A stretch of DNA of 64,000 nucleotides from NCBI GenBank assembly GCA_934162125.1, contig CAKPHU010000007.1, forward strand, positions 7,315 through 71,314. Direction: 5' to 3'. Source of the DNA: an uncultured Bacilli bacterium. Its GTDB lineage: Bacteria > Bacillota_I > Bacilli_A > RF39 > UBA660. Positions 29,491 to 39,240 of the stretch are shown piece after piece. Position numbers and translations under genes: made by a program. A model generated the notes under the pieces. The model was not told the DNA's origin and made no database searches. It saw nothing but the letters and a program-made list of their open reading frames with translations. Every line of letters begins with the position of its first letter. The stretch's first letter is position 1.

Positions 29491-30119
29491 GTGTTGGAAA
29501 TTTTTACTATTTCGTATAAGTCATCATATTTTGATGAGTACTCTTTTGATAAGAGATTTATAATTTTCTGATATCTTTTAGCATAAGAAAAGTTATCAGT
29601 GAACAGTTCTTCATAGAGAAAATTAAATTTGGCATAATCTTTCTTCTCATTTAAAAGTTGAAATTCTTTTAATAAGTAATCTCTTTTAAATATTTCATCT
29701 CTTGTTAAAAACAAAGTTGAGGCCTCTTCATTAATTACTTCATAATCTACATTAGTTTGAGTAAGAAGTTTGGATTCATCGATAACCTCCTCTTCTTCAT
29801 CCAAAAGAAGTGAACTTTTACGAATTGAGATTCCAGTATTGTCAAATTCTAAGGCAACTGCCCTATTTAAATCAGTAAATAAAGTTGCATACTTTAAATC
29901 ACGATGATTGTAAATACTAGTTGAATCTTTTATTTCTTGAAGAAAAGAGTTTGACACTTTAATTTTAGAACTTAAGAGAGATGTCATCATTTTAGTTGGT
30001 ATTCGAATAATTGGTATTTTTTTTACATGGTCAATACTGTCTTTTTCTTGCCATTCATAAAATTCAATTAATGTGTTGGTTGGGAAAAAATTTAATAATA
30101 CATCATAAATATAATTCAT
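29469..30119 (-). CDS. hypothetical protein
   Basis: 216-aa soluble-looking ORF. Its start overlaps the stop of the upstream small gene at 30116..30119. Confidence 0.45.
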   Translation of the reverse strand: MNYIYDVLLNFFPTNTLIEFYEWQEKDSIDHVKKIPIIRIPTKMMTSLLSSKIKVSNSFLQEIKDSTSIYNHRDLKYATLFTDLNRAVALEFDNTGISIRKSSLLLDEEEEVIDESKLLTQTNVDYEVINEEASTLFLTRDEIFKRDYLLKEFQLLNEKKDYAKFNFLYEELFTDNFSYAKRYQKIINLLSKEYSSKYDDLYEIVKISNTKKQTTF

Positions 30120-30325
30120 TTTTTAGGCTCCTTTTTACGATAGATAAGTAAACTACATATTAAAAGAGAAATTATAACCATATAAGGATAAGGTTTAGAG
30201 AATAGAAATAATAAGTAGTCAGTAATAGTATAGCCAAAAGATAAGAGATTAATGTATAAAATAAAATATGTTAAATTATAAATTAACACTAAGTAAAAGA
30301 AAATGAAAAATAATATTTTTGTCAT
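30116..30325 (-). CDS. hypothetical small membrane protein
   Basis: 69 aa with two hydrophobic segments and a basic C-terminus. 4-nt overlap with the next gene. Confidence 0.35.
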   Translation of the reverse strand: MTKILFFIFFYLVLIYNLTYFILYINLLSFGYTITDYLLFLFSKPYPYMVIISLLICSLLIYRKKEPKK

Positions 30326-30365
30326 ACTAAAATATATACGAAGAGCATAAAAAAAAGACTAAGAA

Positions 30366-31460
30366 TTAGTTTAAAAATTCTTCATCTTTTTCTTCTTTGG
30401 GGCTAGCAAGTTTTGCGACTTCTACTTTGTTGATTGTTTCAAATTTCTTAGTAATCTTATCAGTTGTGATAGAGACATTTTCTACATCTTTATTAACTGC
30501 TTGAATACTGCGTGATAGTTTGTCCCATCTTTCCTTGTAGCGAGCAAACTCTAAACTTAATTTGTTTAGTTCCTCATGAATTATAGAGGCATATTTATCA
30601 CGTTCAAGATTTTTAATAATCATTTCAATAACAGTTAAAGTTGAGATTAAAGTTGTTGGACTAGTAATCCAGACTCTTTTCTTGTAGGCATAATCAATAA
30701 TATCTTGATGATAAGCATTTACTTCAGCAAAGATGGCTTCGGCTGGTAAGAAAAGAATAGCTTGATCTGTTGTTTCGCCTGGTATTATGTATTTACTACT
30801 AATGGCGTCAATATGTTTTTTCATATCTTGTTTAAATAGTTTTTCATAATTATCACGATCTCTTTGAGGTAAGTTTTTATCAACCATCATTTGATAGTGT
30901 TCAAGTGGGAACTTAGAATCGATAGCAATTGTACCTAAAGGTTCTGGAGCAAAAACAACAGAGTCGGCAATTACTCCTGTACTAAGAGTATATTGTAGAC
31001 GGAAAATCTGATCATTTTTCTCACCAAAAACACTAGTTAAAATATGTTTTAGATTTACTTCACCAAAAATACCACGAGTTTTTTTATCTGTTAAGATACT
31101 TTGAAGACTAACTATGTCAGTGGATAATGTTTCAATTTTCTTTTGAGCCTCATCAATTTTAGAAAGTCTTTCTACAACATTCATAAATGTTTTATTAGTT
31201 TTTTCAAAATTTTGGTCTAGTCGTTCATTGACCTTTTCGTTGATTGCAAGAAGACGTTTTTCTAGTTGTTCATTTAGAACTGAGAAGTCTTTATTCATAG
31301 AGCGACTTAAATCATTTTTGAAATCTCCCATTTCTTTAGTTAAAGATAGTTCTAGGCGTCCTAGACGTTCCGTTATATTACTTTCGTTGATATTTTTTGA
31401 AAGTGATATAACAGAGATAATTAAAAGTATAATAAGTAATGCAATTATAATATATTCCAT
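30366..31460 (-). CDS. rmuC: DNA recombination protein RmuC
   Basis: N-terminal TM, long coiled coil, then an RmuC nuclease-like region (GIFGEVNLKHIL..., AIDSKFPLEHY, ILFLPAEAIF). Confidence 0.85.
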   Translation of the reverse strand: MEYIIIALLIILLIISVISLSKNINESNITERLGRLELSLTKEMGDFKNDLSRSMNKDFSVLNEQLEKRLLAINEKVNERLDQNFEKTNKTFMNVVERLSKIDEAQKKIETLSTDIVSLQSILTDKKTRGIFGEVNLKHILTSVFGEKNDQIFRLQYTLSTGVIADSVVFAPEPLGTIAIDSKFPLEHYQMMVDKNLPQRDRDNYEKLFKQDMKKHIDAISSKYIIPGETTDQAILFLPAEAIFAEVNAYHQDIIDYAYKKRVWITSPTTLISTLTVIEMIIKNLERDKYASIIHEELNKLSLEFARYKERWDKLSRSIQAVNKDVENVSITTDKITKKFETINKVEVAKLASPKEEKDEEFLN

Positions 31461-31468
31461 GTTTCCTC

Positions 31469-32047
31469 CTAATCTAAATTAGCATTTTTACTAATTATTT
31501 TTGATATTATATAAGCAATTGTAATCATAATACTTAGAACTATTAGTACTTTAATATCAGTTAGACTTTCTATTAAACTTTTACCAATATAGCTCCAGAA
31601 AATAGTCATAAATATTTTACCTATTATGATTGCGAAAACAAATTTCTTTTGATTGTATTTGGTTAGACCAGCTAGGATATTCATAAGGTAAGCTGGTGTA
31701 AAAGGAAGAGTCATCAAAATAGTTAGGTTTGGTAAAGATAATGTTTGAAATTTTTTGATACCTTTATCAATTTTCTTTTGAAAACGCTTCGTAAATATTT
31801 TATTGGATATTTTGTCTGAGAGATGATAAAAAATTTTATAAGATATATAACAACCTAGTAGTGTAGAAAAATAAGAAAGACACATTCCTGGTAAGAGACC
31901 ATAAGCAGTGGTATTTAAAGCAATCATGGCTCCTAAAGGAATTATAGGGAGAATCGATAAAAATATAGTTAAAAAACAACTTATTAATGGTCCTCCATCA
32001 GCTACTAGTTTGGTTAAAAATTCTAAGATGTCTGAGAGGCTTTGCAT
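31469..32047 (-). CDS. TVP38/TMEM64 (DedA-related, SNARE-associated) membrane protein
   Basis: 192-aa polytopic protein with PFTPAYLMNILAGLT, typical of the family. Confidence 0.65.
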   Translation of the reverse strand: MQSLSDILEFLTKLVADGGPLISCFLTIFLSILPIIPLGAMIALNTTAYGLLPGMCLSYFSTLLGCYISYKIFYHLSDKISNKIFTKRFQKKIDKGIKKFQTLSLPNLTILMTLPFTPAYLMNILAGLTKYNQKKFVFAIIIGKIFMTIFWSYIGKSLIESLTDIKVLIVLSIMITIAYIISKIISKNANLD

Positions 32048-32098
32048 ATTATCACCTTCTTTATAATTATAGTATAAATTGTCTTAAAAAAAAAGCTC

Positions 32099-32392
32099 TT
32101 AGTTGTTAGAGCTTTTATAACCAGTGTAACCGGTGTCAATACTAATTGTTTGGTATCCATAACTATTTAGTCTGTTAGAAATGAATTTACTAGTTGAACC
32201 ATATTCGCAGTACAGATAATATGTTTCTTTCTTAGATAAATACTTTTCAGGTGTTAGAAGTAAATAATTATATGGTATGTTGATAGAATTTTTAATGTTA
32301 CCATTTCTATATAAATAGTTACTTCTTAAATCGATAATATTTAATTGTTCCTTAGCCTGCTTAGCTAAGAAGTCAGTCATAGAAATAGTCAT
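32099..32392 (-). CDS. rhodanese-like domain protein
   Basis: 97 aa. IIDLRS..Y..GNIKNSINIP and the active-site-type loop YCEYGSTS. Confidence 0.65.
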   Translation of the reverse strand: MTISMTDFLAKQAKEQLNIIDLRSNYLYRNGNIKNSINIPYNYLLLTPEKYLSKKETYYLYCEYGSTSKFISNRLNSYGYQTISIDTGYTGYKSSNN

Positions 32393-32417
32393 TTTTTCAC
32401 CCCTACTATATTAGATG

Positions 32418-32448
32418 AAAAAAAAGAATCTATAGTAATTATAGACTC
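32418..32448 (-). terminator. rho-independent terminator closing the accessory gene array
   Basis: Minus strand GAGTCTATA-ATTAC-TATAGATTC followed by T8, starting one nt after the TAG stop of the 406-aa gene. Confidence 0.7.
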
Positions 32449-33669
32449 CTATTTAACAAGATATGGTGTTTCTTTACTTCCATTTCCTGAAGTTATTCTA
32501 GTATTAGAACTAATTTTTATGACTGGACGAACTGACTTGTATTCACTAGTTTTACTTACTTCAATAATTCCTCTTTCAGAAATTGAGTAACTTTCATAGT
32601 TTGTTGAACCAACTGGTGTTCCAGTCCACCAATTATATTTTGTTTTTAAATAATTGTAGTTTTGGCATTGTTTATTTTCACTTGTTTTACATGCTGGATC
32701 TGTACTAGCATTAATGTAGTCTGATAATTGTAGTAATCCTAAGTAATATTCTTCTCCTTTAGTAGCACACTCAACAGTACCATTATTTTGTTCAGTTTTA
32801 ACTTTTCTAGCACCTACGCATGGAGTATATTTTAGTAACTTAGTCTTATCATTTTCTGATAAGAAGATGACACCTTTATCAGTAGTACTATATATTTCTA
32901 TTAATTTTTCTCTTATTCTACTAGTAGAATAATTATTCATTCCAACATTATATTTTAAAGTTTCGTTATAACGATCATCCCAAGCAGAACCATAACCAGC
33001 TTTATCATCTTTAATTAAAACTATGTTATTTGAAGAATCTACTTTTACGATACGCCATAGAGATTTTTCCATTTGAACATAATTATTTACTTGTTCTCCA
33101 CGGAATACTAATTCGTTATTCATACTGTATAGTCCATAACCTGTTGTGGTTGGGATACTATCAGTTGTGATGGCAGAACCTAGTGTTTGACTACTATAAT
33201 TTTCTCCACAATTTAAGTATGGTGTGTAAGCGTAATCTGCACCAGATTTAGTTACTTGAACTTTACCGGAACAAACAACACCTTTACCAGTATATTTTGA
33301 TAGGTCTTTCATTTTTCCTGTTGCGGCTAAAGTTCCTGCTTCTATTTCTACTATTTGATTTTCATCAGCAGGTAGGCTACTTGGATTTTCAGTAAAGTAT
33401 GATTTAGCTGCATTTGTCATAATAGTTTCAATATCTTCATAAGAATAATTCTTTTGACTAAATAATGACACTATCCATAATAACAGTAGTAAAGCAATAA
33501 TACCACCAATTACGATACCACCTACTTTTATTAAAAAGCTTTTCATATCGTTTTTGGCATTATTTGAAGATCCTGACTTTGAAGAACTATCATCATCTTC
33601 TTCATAATCATCAATTATTAAATCATCATTTTCTTTTTTTTCATCTTTGAAACCAAAACTAGTACTCAT
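32449..33669 (-). CDS. membrane-anchored extracellular protein, paralogue of the C-terminal modules of the two 600-aa cassette proteins
   Basis: Acidic N-terminus, one TM (IKVGGIVIGGIIALLLLLWIV), then an extracellular domain ending RPVIKISSNTRITSGNGSKETPYLVK. The same module ending occurs in the 54920 and 61261 genes. Confidence 0.5.
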   Translation of the reverse strand: MSTSFGFKDEKKENDDLIIDDYEEDDDSSSKSGSSNNAKNDMKSFLIKVGGIVIGGIIALLLLLWIVSLFSQKNYSYEDIETIMTNAAKSYFTENPSSLPADENQIVEIEAGTLAATGKMKDLSKYTGKGVVCSGKVQVTKSGADYAYTPYLNCGENYSSQTLGSAITTDSIPTTTGYGLYSMNNELVFRGEQVNNYVQMEKSLWRIVKVDSSNNIVLIKDDKAGYGSAWDDRYNETLKYNVGMNNYSTSRIREKLIEIYSTTDKGVIFLSENDKTKLLKYTPCVGARKVKTEQNNGTVECATKGEEYYLGLLQLSDYINASTDPACKTSENKQCQNYNYLKTKYNWWTGTPVGSTNYESYSISERGIIEVSKTSEYKSVRPVIKISSNTRITSGNGSKETPYLVK

Positions 33670-33686
33670 ATCTTATTTTCCTCCTT

Positions 33687-36086
33687 TTAATTATCGAAAA
33701 AGTCATCAAAGAACTCATCATCGTCATCGTCTGGAATATTAATTGCAGGAGCTGTAGTTGGAAAACTTTGTGGTTCTTTGGCAATTTCCGGTATAGCATT
33801 GTCATTTGTGTTTAGAGTGTTATTAGTTATTTCTTTGTTATCTAACACTTCTATTTTATTGCTGGCAATATCTAGAGCATCTGTTTTAGAACTGTTCAAG
33901 TCAACAACAGGAGTTTCAGCAATTTTTGCCTTAGCTGCCTCTGTCTCTTTTTCACGACGTTCTTCCTCTTCTAACTCAGCTATTTTAGCATCGATCTTTT
34001 TAACTAGTTCATCAACATCAAAACCAAAATCATCATCTTGATTATAATTTGGATTAGGTTCTTTTATTGATTCTGGAGCTTTTTTAGGAAGACTACTAAA
34101 ATCTTCGATAGGTTCAAAAGATCTAACTGGCTCTTTAGGTAAATTATTATTAAATGGTACTTCTTTTACCTCTTTATTTATGTTAGCATAACTTGATTTT
34201 AAAGGATTTTCTTCCGGTTCAGAATAATTATTAGGGGCAAAAGTAGACATTCCTCTACCTATTGGACGACGTTCATTAGTAGTTTCACTTAATTGGAAGT
34301 CTTTAACCTTCTCTTCTGGTTGGAATGGACCACCTAATGGTGCTGTGTCATCACCTGCTGAATTCATCATTTCTAATAATTTCTTCTTTTTTTGATCTTT
34401 TACAAACTTTTTAATATCAAAAGTATGAACTTCATGTTTTGGTCTTTGTGGATATTTAGCAAGTGGATATTTTCTACCCCAGTCTATTTTGAAGTTTGGT
34501 GTTAATTTTGTTTTAAATGGTTGTTTACGCATACGAAGAATAATTGTTTCAAACTGTTTCATACGTTGTAAATCAGAAACTGTTACTAATGGAGTTGAAG
34601 CTGTTTTATCATCTTTTTTAGATTTTACTTCACCACACATCTTAGATATTTCTTCTAGGGCTTTAAGTTCTGTTGTAATTAAGTAAACAATATTTCCACA
34701 GTTACCACGAATTGTTTCGGCATCATCTTTACCATATACTGAATCTAGTTGGGCAAAGTTTTGAATAATCATAGTAAATCTAACTCTTCTAGAACGAGCT
34801 GCAGTAATCATAGTTGTTACATCTTTTAGAGGAGGCATGTTGGCAAACTCATCAAGAATAAAGTTAGTTCTAACTGGTAATTTTCCACCATGTTTTTGAG
34901 CTGTTGAAATTAAAGTTTCATAAATTTGTTTTAATAAAATAGTTACTAAAGAGTGATATGTTTTCTTTTCATCTTGAATAACAATAAATACAGCAGTTGG
35001 TTTTTCACCAATACTTTCTAGATCTACACTACTGTAAGATAACATTTCACTTAAATTATCACGAGAGGCAAATAGTTTTACCTTTTGTTTAAATACAGAT
35101 AAGATACTACCCTTTGTTTCTGTTGGAGCCATTATAGTACTTGAAGCATTGATAGCAGCAGCACTTGCAGGATCTTTCGCATCAAAATACTCTTTTATAT
35201 AAGTTGATCCACCAAATTTTTCTTCACCAACAGTTGTTGCTAAGGAAATACTGTTGATATTGATTTCATCTGGTTTTGCATCTTCAAAAAGGCCTAAGGC
35301 AATACCTGAGAAATAATCTGCTGATGTTTTTTCCCAGAAAGGGTCAGCATTTTTATTGCTTTCATCATACAAGATATTTAGGGCTAAGTCATCTAATAAC
35401 TCAATGGCTTTATCATGATTACCGTTCTTCCACATTTTATAAGGTAATGTCATTGGATTCCAAGCATTACCATTTTGAGGATCACGGAAGTTTAATAATA
35501 ATATTTGATAACCACGGTCTCTTAACATTAAGCTTGTTTTTTCATATATCTCACCTTTTGGGTCAGTAATAATTATTGATTCACGGGCTTTTGCTAAACT
35601 ATGAACTTGTGGTAAAACGAAACCTTCAGTTTTACCTGAACCAGTAGCACCAATTATTAAGGAATGGTACTCACCATTATCTACCCACATCTCATTTTCT
35701 TTTAAAATTAGAGGAAGACCAGCCGCTTTGGCATTACGTTGATGAATATCTACACGTTCTAGTTCTTCTTGAATTTCTTTTTCTTTTGCCCAACGAGAGT
35801 AACCTTTGTCTTTCTTCTCAGTAGTTATACCGATACCTTTTTCACGTTCAAAGAAATAAGAACTAACACTTAAGAATAGACCTCCTAATAATAATATATA
35901 AAGTAATATTGTTGGTCCTATGTAGCGTGGTGAAAAAGCAGGAAATGGATTTATTCCTGATAGATGTCCTTCTGAAGCAAAGGTACCTAAATTTACTACG
36001 GCGATGGCTACAAAATATAGTAAGACAGCCGCAAAAATTCCAAACATCATCCAATCATGTTTGTCTGCTCTGAATTTGAATTTCAT
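33687..36086 (-). CDS. type IV secretion coupling protein (VirD4/TraG family)
   Basis: Two N-terminal TMs, Walker A IIGATGSGKTEG, Walker B region NFILDEFANMPPL, and TMIIQNFAQLDSVYG. A long acidic disordered C-terminal tail. Confidence 0.85.
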   Translation of the reverse strand: MKFKFRADKHDWMMFGIFAAVLLYFVAIAVVNLGTFASEGHLSGINPFPAFSPRYIGPTILLYILLLGGLFLSVSSYFFEREKGIGITTEKKDKGYSRWAKEKEIQEELERVDIHQRNAKAAGLPLILKENEMWVDNGEYHSLIIGATGSGKTEGFVLPQVHSLAKARESIIITDPKGEIYEKTSLMLRDRGYQILLLNFRDPQNGNAWNPMTLPYKMWKNGNHDKAIELLDDLALNILYDESNKNADPFWEKTSADYFSGIALGLFEDAKPDEININSISLATTVGEEKFGGSTYIKEYFDAKDPASAAAINASSTIMAPTETKGSILSVFKQKVKLFASRDNLSEMLSYSSVDLESIGEKPTAVFIVIQDEKKTYHSLVTILLKQIYETLISTAQKHGGKLPVRTNFILDEFANMPPLKDVTTMITAARSRRVRFTMIIQNFAQLDSVYGKDDAETIRGNCGNIVYLITTELKALEEISKMCGEVKSKKDDKTASTPLVTVSDLQRMKQFETIILRMRKQPFKTKLTPNFKIDWGRKYPLAKYPQRPKHEVHTFDIKKFVKDQKKKKLLEMMNSAGDDTAPLGGPFQPEEKVKDFQLSETTNERRPIGRGMSTFAPNNYSEPEENPLKSSYANINKEVKEVPFNNNLPKEPVRSFEPIEDFSSLPKKAPESIKEPNPNYNQDDDFGFDVDELVKKIDAKIAELEEEERREKETEAAKAKIAETPVVDLNSSKTDALDIASNKIEVLDNKEITNNTLNTNDNAIPEIAKEPQSFPTTAPAINIPDDDDDEFFDDFFDN

Positions 36087-36134
36087 GAAGATACTTCCTT
36101 TCTAGCACTTATTATATCATAACTTATTATAAAA

Positions 36135-36923
36135 TTAATTATTAATTAATATTTTAAATGAATCTTTTTCAAACTTGTATAAAGTTTCCATAGTACCATT
36201 TTCGCTATATTTGCCACATGATAATAATATTTCATACTCTTTATCACCATCGGCATCAAAAATGGCACTTATATATGGCTTACAGCCGTTAAAACCATCA
36301 TTATTTTCTACACTACTGTACATTGGATAAGTTACAGAGTTCTTTTCCATGAAGACAATCGTAAATATTACATTAGGATTTGTCTCTAAAGGAAATACAT
36401 TACTAAGTAAATAGAAATTTTCTATAATTCCATCACCATCATAATCTATACTTACTAAATCTTTGACTGTGTACTCTTTTTGATCTGAAGCAAGACCATT
36501 TTCAGTTAAAACTTTATTTATTTCATTATAATAAGTAATTTCTCTAGTAGTGAACTCTTTAAAATTAAGTTCATAATTAAGATTAGAAGCAATCATATTA
36601 CCATCATAATTTATAGGATTTTTTTCAGAATCAAATAAGTACCATTTATTTTCACTGTTCCATAAGAAATATGTACCAAAGTAAGAATTAGATAAATATA
36701 CTTTATATTCCTGCCAAGAAAGTCCTTCTATTTCGCTGGCATAACTTATATTACGCCAATTACCATTTTCTACTTGCCAGATAGCATTATTATCAATTAT
36801 TAAAGTACCATTCTTTTTACTTTTAGCGATACTATCTCTACCATAGATAAAATAAAATATTAAGAAATATATAGCTAAAATTACGACTAAAATTAGATAT
36901 TTACCTTTTTTCATATTCACCAT
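36135..36923 (-). CDS. membrane-anchored hypothetical protein with DxDGDG-type motifs
   Basis: N-terminal TM (alternative start at 36914, MKKGKY). DYDGDGIIENFYLL and FDADGDKEYEILL resemble FG-GAP/calcium-binding repeats. Confidence 0.4.
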   Translation of the reverse strand: MVNMKKGKYLILVVILAIYFLIFYFIYGRDSIAKSKKNGTLIIDNNAIWQVENGNWRNISYASEIEGLSWQEYKVYLSNSYFGTYFLWNSENKWYLFDSEKNPINYDGNMIASNLNYELNFKEFTTREITYYNEINKVLTENGLASDQKEYTVKDLVSIDYDGDGIIENFYLLSNVFPLETNPNVIFTIVFMEKNSVTYPMYSSVENNDGFNGCKPYISAIFDADGDKEYEILLSCGKYSENGTMETLYKFEKDSFKILINN

Positions 36924-36924
36924 C

Positions 36925-39216
36925 CTATGATACTGAAAAGTAAGAAATTACACTAGTATTTTGCCAATTATATTGAGCCCACATATTAGTTGATGATGAA
37001 CCAGGATCCATCATATTGATAGTGTCACCAGTTACGTTATCAATAGCAACCCAATGTTGTCCAGTATTACCTTTTACTTCGGCAACTACATAATAACCTT
37101 GTGATACTAAGTTTCTAATAGTATTTAGCTTTTGTTCTTTACTTAAACCGGCTAGGCTATAGTTAATTTGAACTGGTCTAAATTTAGGAGCAACAGAGGT
37201 AACACGATACCAGGCAAAATTGGCACCACTGAAACCACCATTTTTATTTAAAGCTGTAACGAAAGTACCTGGATTAAAGTCACCTTGAACATTAGTTGGT
37301 ACTCCACTTTTAGCTATTAACATGGCAACTGAAGTTACTAAGCAACCAGCTGAGGAGATAGTTTGATTACTTTGTCCAAGACGAACTGAACCCCATTTGG
37401 CATCTTTTTGTTTCCAATTGGCATATGGTCCACTTGAAGTACTACCACAAATATTGCTGGCAGAACCACAACTACTTTTGCTGACATTAGTAGCAGATGG
37501 ATATAAAGCAAGTAAAATTTGTTTATAATTATAACCCTTTTCAGCTAAAGCTTTAGCTTTCTTTTGAGTAGAACTAACATAGGCAGTACTTACGATATAG
37601 CCTTGAGAATTGACTAGAACCTCACCTGCTGTTTGATTAGCTAAAGTTCTAATTTTATGATTGCTAGCTAGAGGTTGTCTAGTTTTACATGAACCAGCAA
37701 TGATCCCACTTCTTACAATACCACCTTGACTCTGAGTACCAGAGCAGTCATAAGAACAACCAGTATTAACATTACAGAAAACCTGATCGGCTACACATGA
37801 AGATATTTGGAGAATCCATTGACCATTTTCCTGAGCTAACTTCTTACCTGTTTTCGTACCCATGCCAGTTGGTCTAGATAAGGCAAAACTACGAGCCATG
37901 ACCATTTGAGCTTTGATGGCTTCATCTGGATAAGAAGTACCAATCTCGGCATAAACTACACCCATTATGTATGATTCAAAATCAACTAAAGGTTGGTCTA
38001 TTGCTTTTTGATAACTACCATTACCATATGGTTGACCGCATTCCATTAAACGAACTTTTAAATTGCTAACTTGAAGATTTTTAGTTACATTGGCATTACG
38101 ACTTGGAAAATAGAAACCCTTAATGTCATATTCACAACTGCCAGAAGAAGAACAACCATTTGTAGTATCTTCTCCAACAATTGCTTTATAATTTTCAATA
38201 TATTCAAAGACTGTATCAGTCATATTTTTTAATTCTGTTTGAGTAGCATTTGGAAAGTAACTTGGAAAAATAAGAGTCATTAAATTATTACGATATGTTT
38301 CTTCATTATAATAGCCAGTTTCATCTATCATTAATTTAGCAACGTCACGTATAACTTTAGTCGTCATATTTTTATAAGTCACTCTGGCATTGTATGTTTT
38401 TAGACTGGAATATAAACCAGCAATTCCTAAAGGTTCAATATATTTATTTTGTTGCATGAACTCTTCATTTACTTCTTTTACTCTCTTGTGAAAAGCATCA
38501 GCTTCTTTATCACTTGTAGTATAGTCTAGTCCACCAGTATTGCCACCAGTTTCACTACTAATACCAAAACCATCATCAAAGTTACCAATATCTATGATGA
38601 CTACTATTGGTAAGGCAAGGATAAGTAAAAAGAAGGCCGCAACAACAGTACCAATGATAATGCTTCTTTTAAAAATTTTACTAAAGAAACCATCACCTTT
38701 TAAAGGTCCTTCGCCATTGTCTTCGCCACTTTTACCGCCTGATTTTTCTTCGTTTTCTATTTCTTCATTAGGAAGAGAAGCATTTATCTTTAAACCATTA
38801 GGAACTTCTAATTTTTTTTGCTTATTTTTACGTAAGTTTTCTGGCCTTGAATTATTTCTATTTTGTGCTTTTTTTAAGGCATCACCAGCATCCGAATCAC
38901 CTAAATCGCCATTTTTAAAAGAAGCGGCCTTACCTGCTGCTTTGTTAAGGCCACTTTCATTTGCTTGATTTGAGGCGTTTTGAACTGCTTTTCCGCCAGG
39001 CATTTTTTCCGTAACTTTGGCAGTTGCTTTGCCTAAACCTTCAGATACTTTGCCACCAGTTACTTTATCCCCTACTTTTACAACTGCTCCAGCTGCTGCA
39101 GCATAGGGATTACCACTTTCCATGGCAATATCTGCGACAACTTGAATATTTTCAGCGTTGTTTTGGGCATTACGTTCAAAGTTTTCGTCTTCGTTTTTAG
39201 CTGCCATAGATATCAC
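36925..39216 (-). CDS. T4SS-associated cell-wall hydrolase: SpoIID/LytB-like domain plus C-terminal papain-like Cys peptidase
   Basis: Disordered N-terminus, one TM, then a SpoIID-like motif ESYIMGVVYAEIGTSYPDEAIKAQMVMARSFAL. The C-terminal domain has SSAGCLVTSVAMLIA (Cys), GQHWVAIDN (His) and MMDPGS (Asp). Confidence 0.6.
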   Translation of the reverse strand: MISMAAKNEDENFERNAQNNAENIQVVADIAMESGNPYAAAAGAVVKVGDKVTGGKVSEGLGKATAKVTEKMPGGKAVQNASNQANESGLNKAAGKAASFKNGDLGDSDAGDALKKAQNRNNSRPENLRKNKQKKLEVPNGLKINASLPNEEIENEEKSGGKSGEDNGEGPLKGDGFFSKIFKRSIIIGTVVAAFFLLILALPIVVIIDIGNFDDGFGISSETGGNTGGLDYTTSDKEADAFHKRVKEVNEEFMQQNKYIEPLGIAGLYSSLKTYNARVTYKNMTTKVIRDVAKLMIDETGYYNEETYRNNLMTLIFPSYFPNATQTELKNMTDTVFEYIENYKAIVGEDTTNGCSSSGSCEYDIKGFYFPSRNANVTKNLQVSNLKVRLMECGQPYGNGSYQKAIDQPLVDFESYIMGVVYAEIGTSYPDEAIKAQMVMARSFALSRPTGMGTKTGKKLAQENGQWILQISSCVADQVFCNVNTGCSYDCSGTQSQGGIVRSGIIAGSCKTRQPLASNHKIRTLANQTAGEVLVNSQGYIVSTAYVSSTQKKAKALAEKGYNYKQILLALYPSATNVSKSSCGSASNICGSTSSGPYANWKQKDAKWGSVRLGQSNQTISSAGCLVTSVAMLIAKSGVPTNVQGDFNPGTFVTALNKNGGFSGANFAWYRVTSVAPKFRPVQINYSLAGLSKEQKLNTIRNLVSQGYYVVAEVKGNTGQHWVAIDNVTGDTINMMDPGSSSTNMWAQYNWQNTSVISYFSVS

Positions 39217-39240
39217 CTCTTACTACTTTGTTTATTTATT

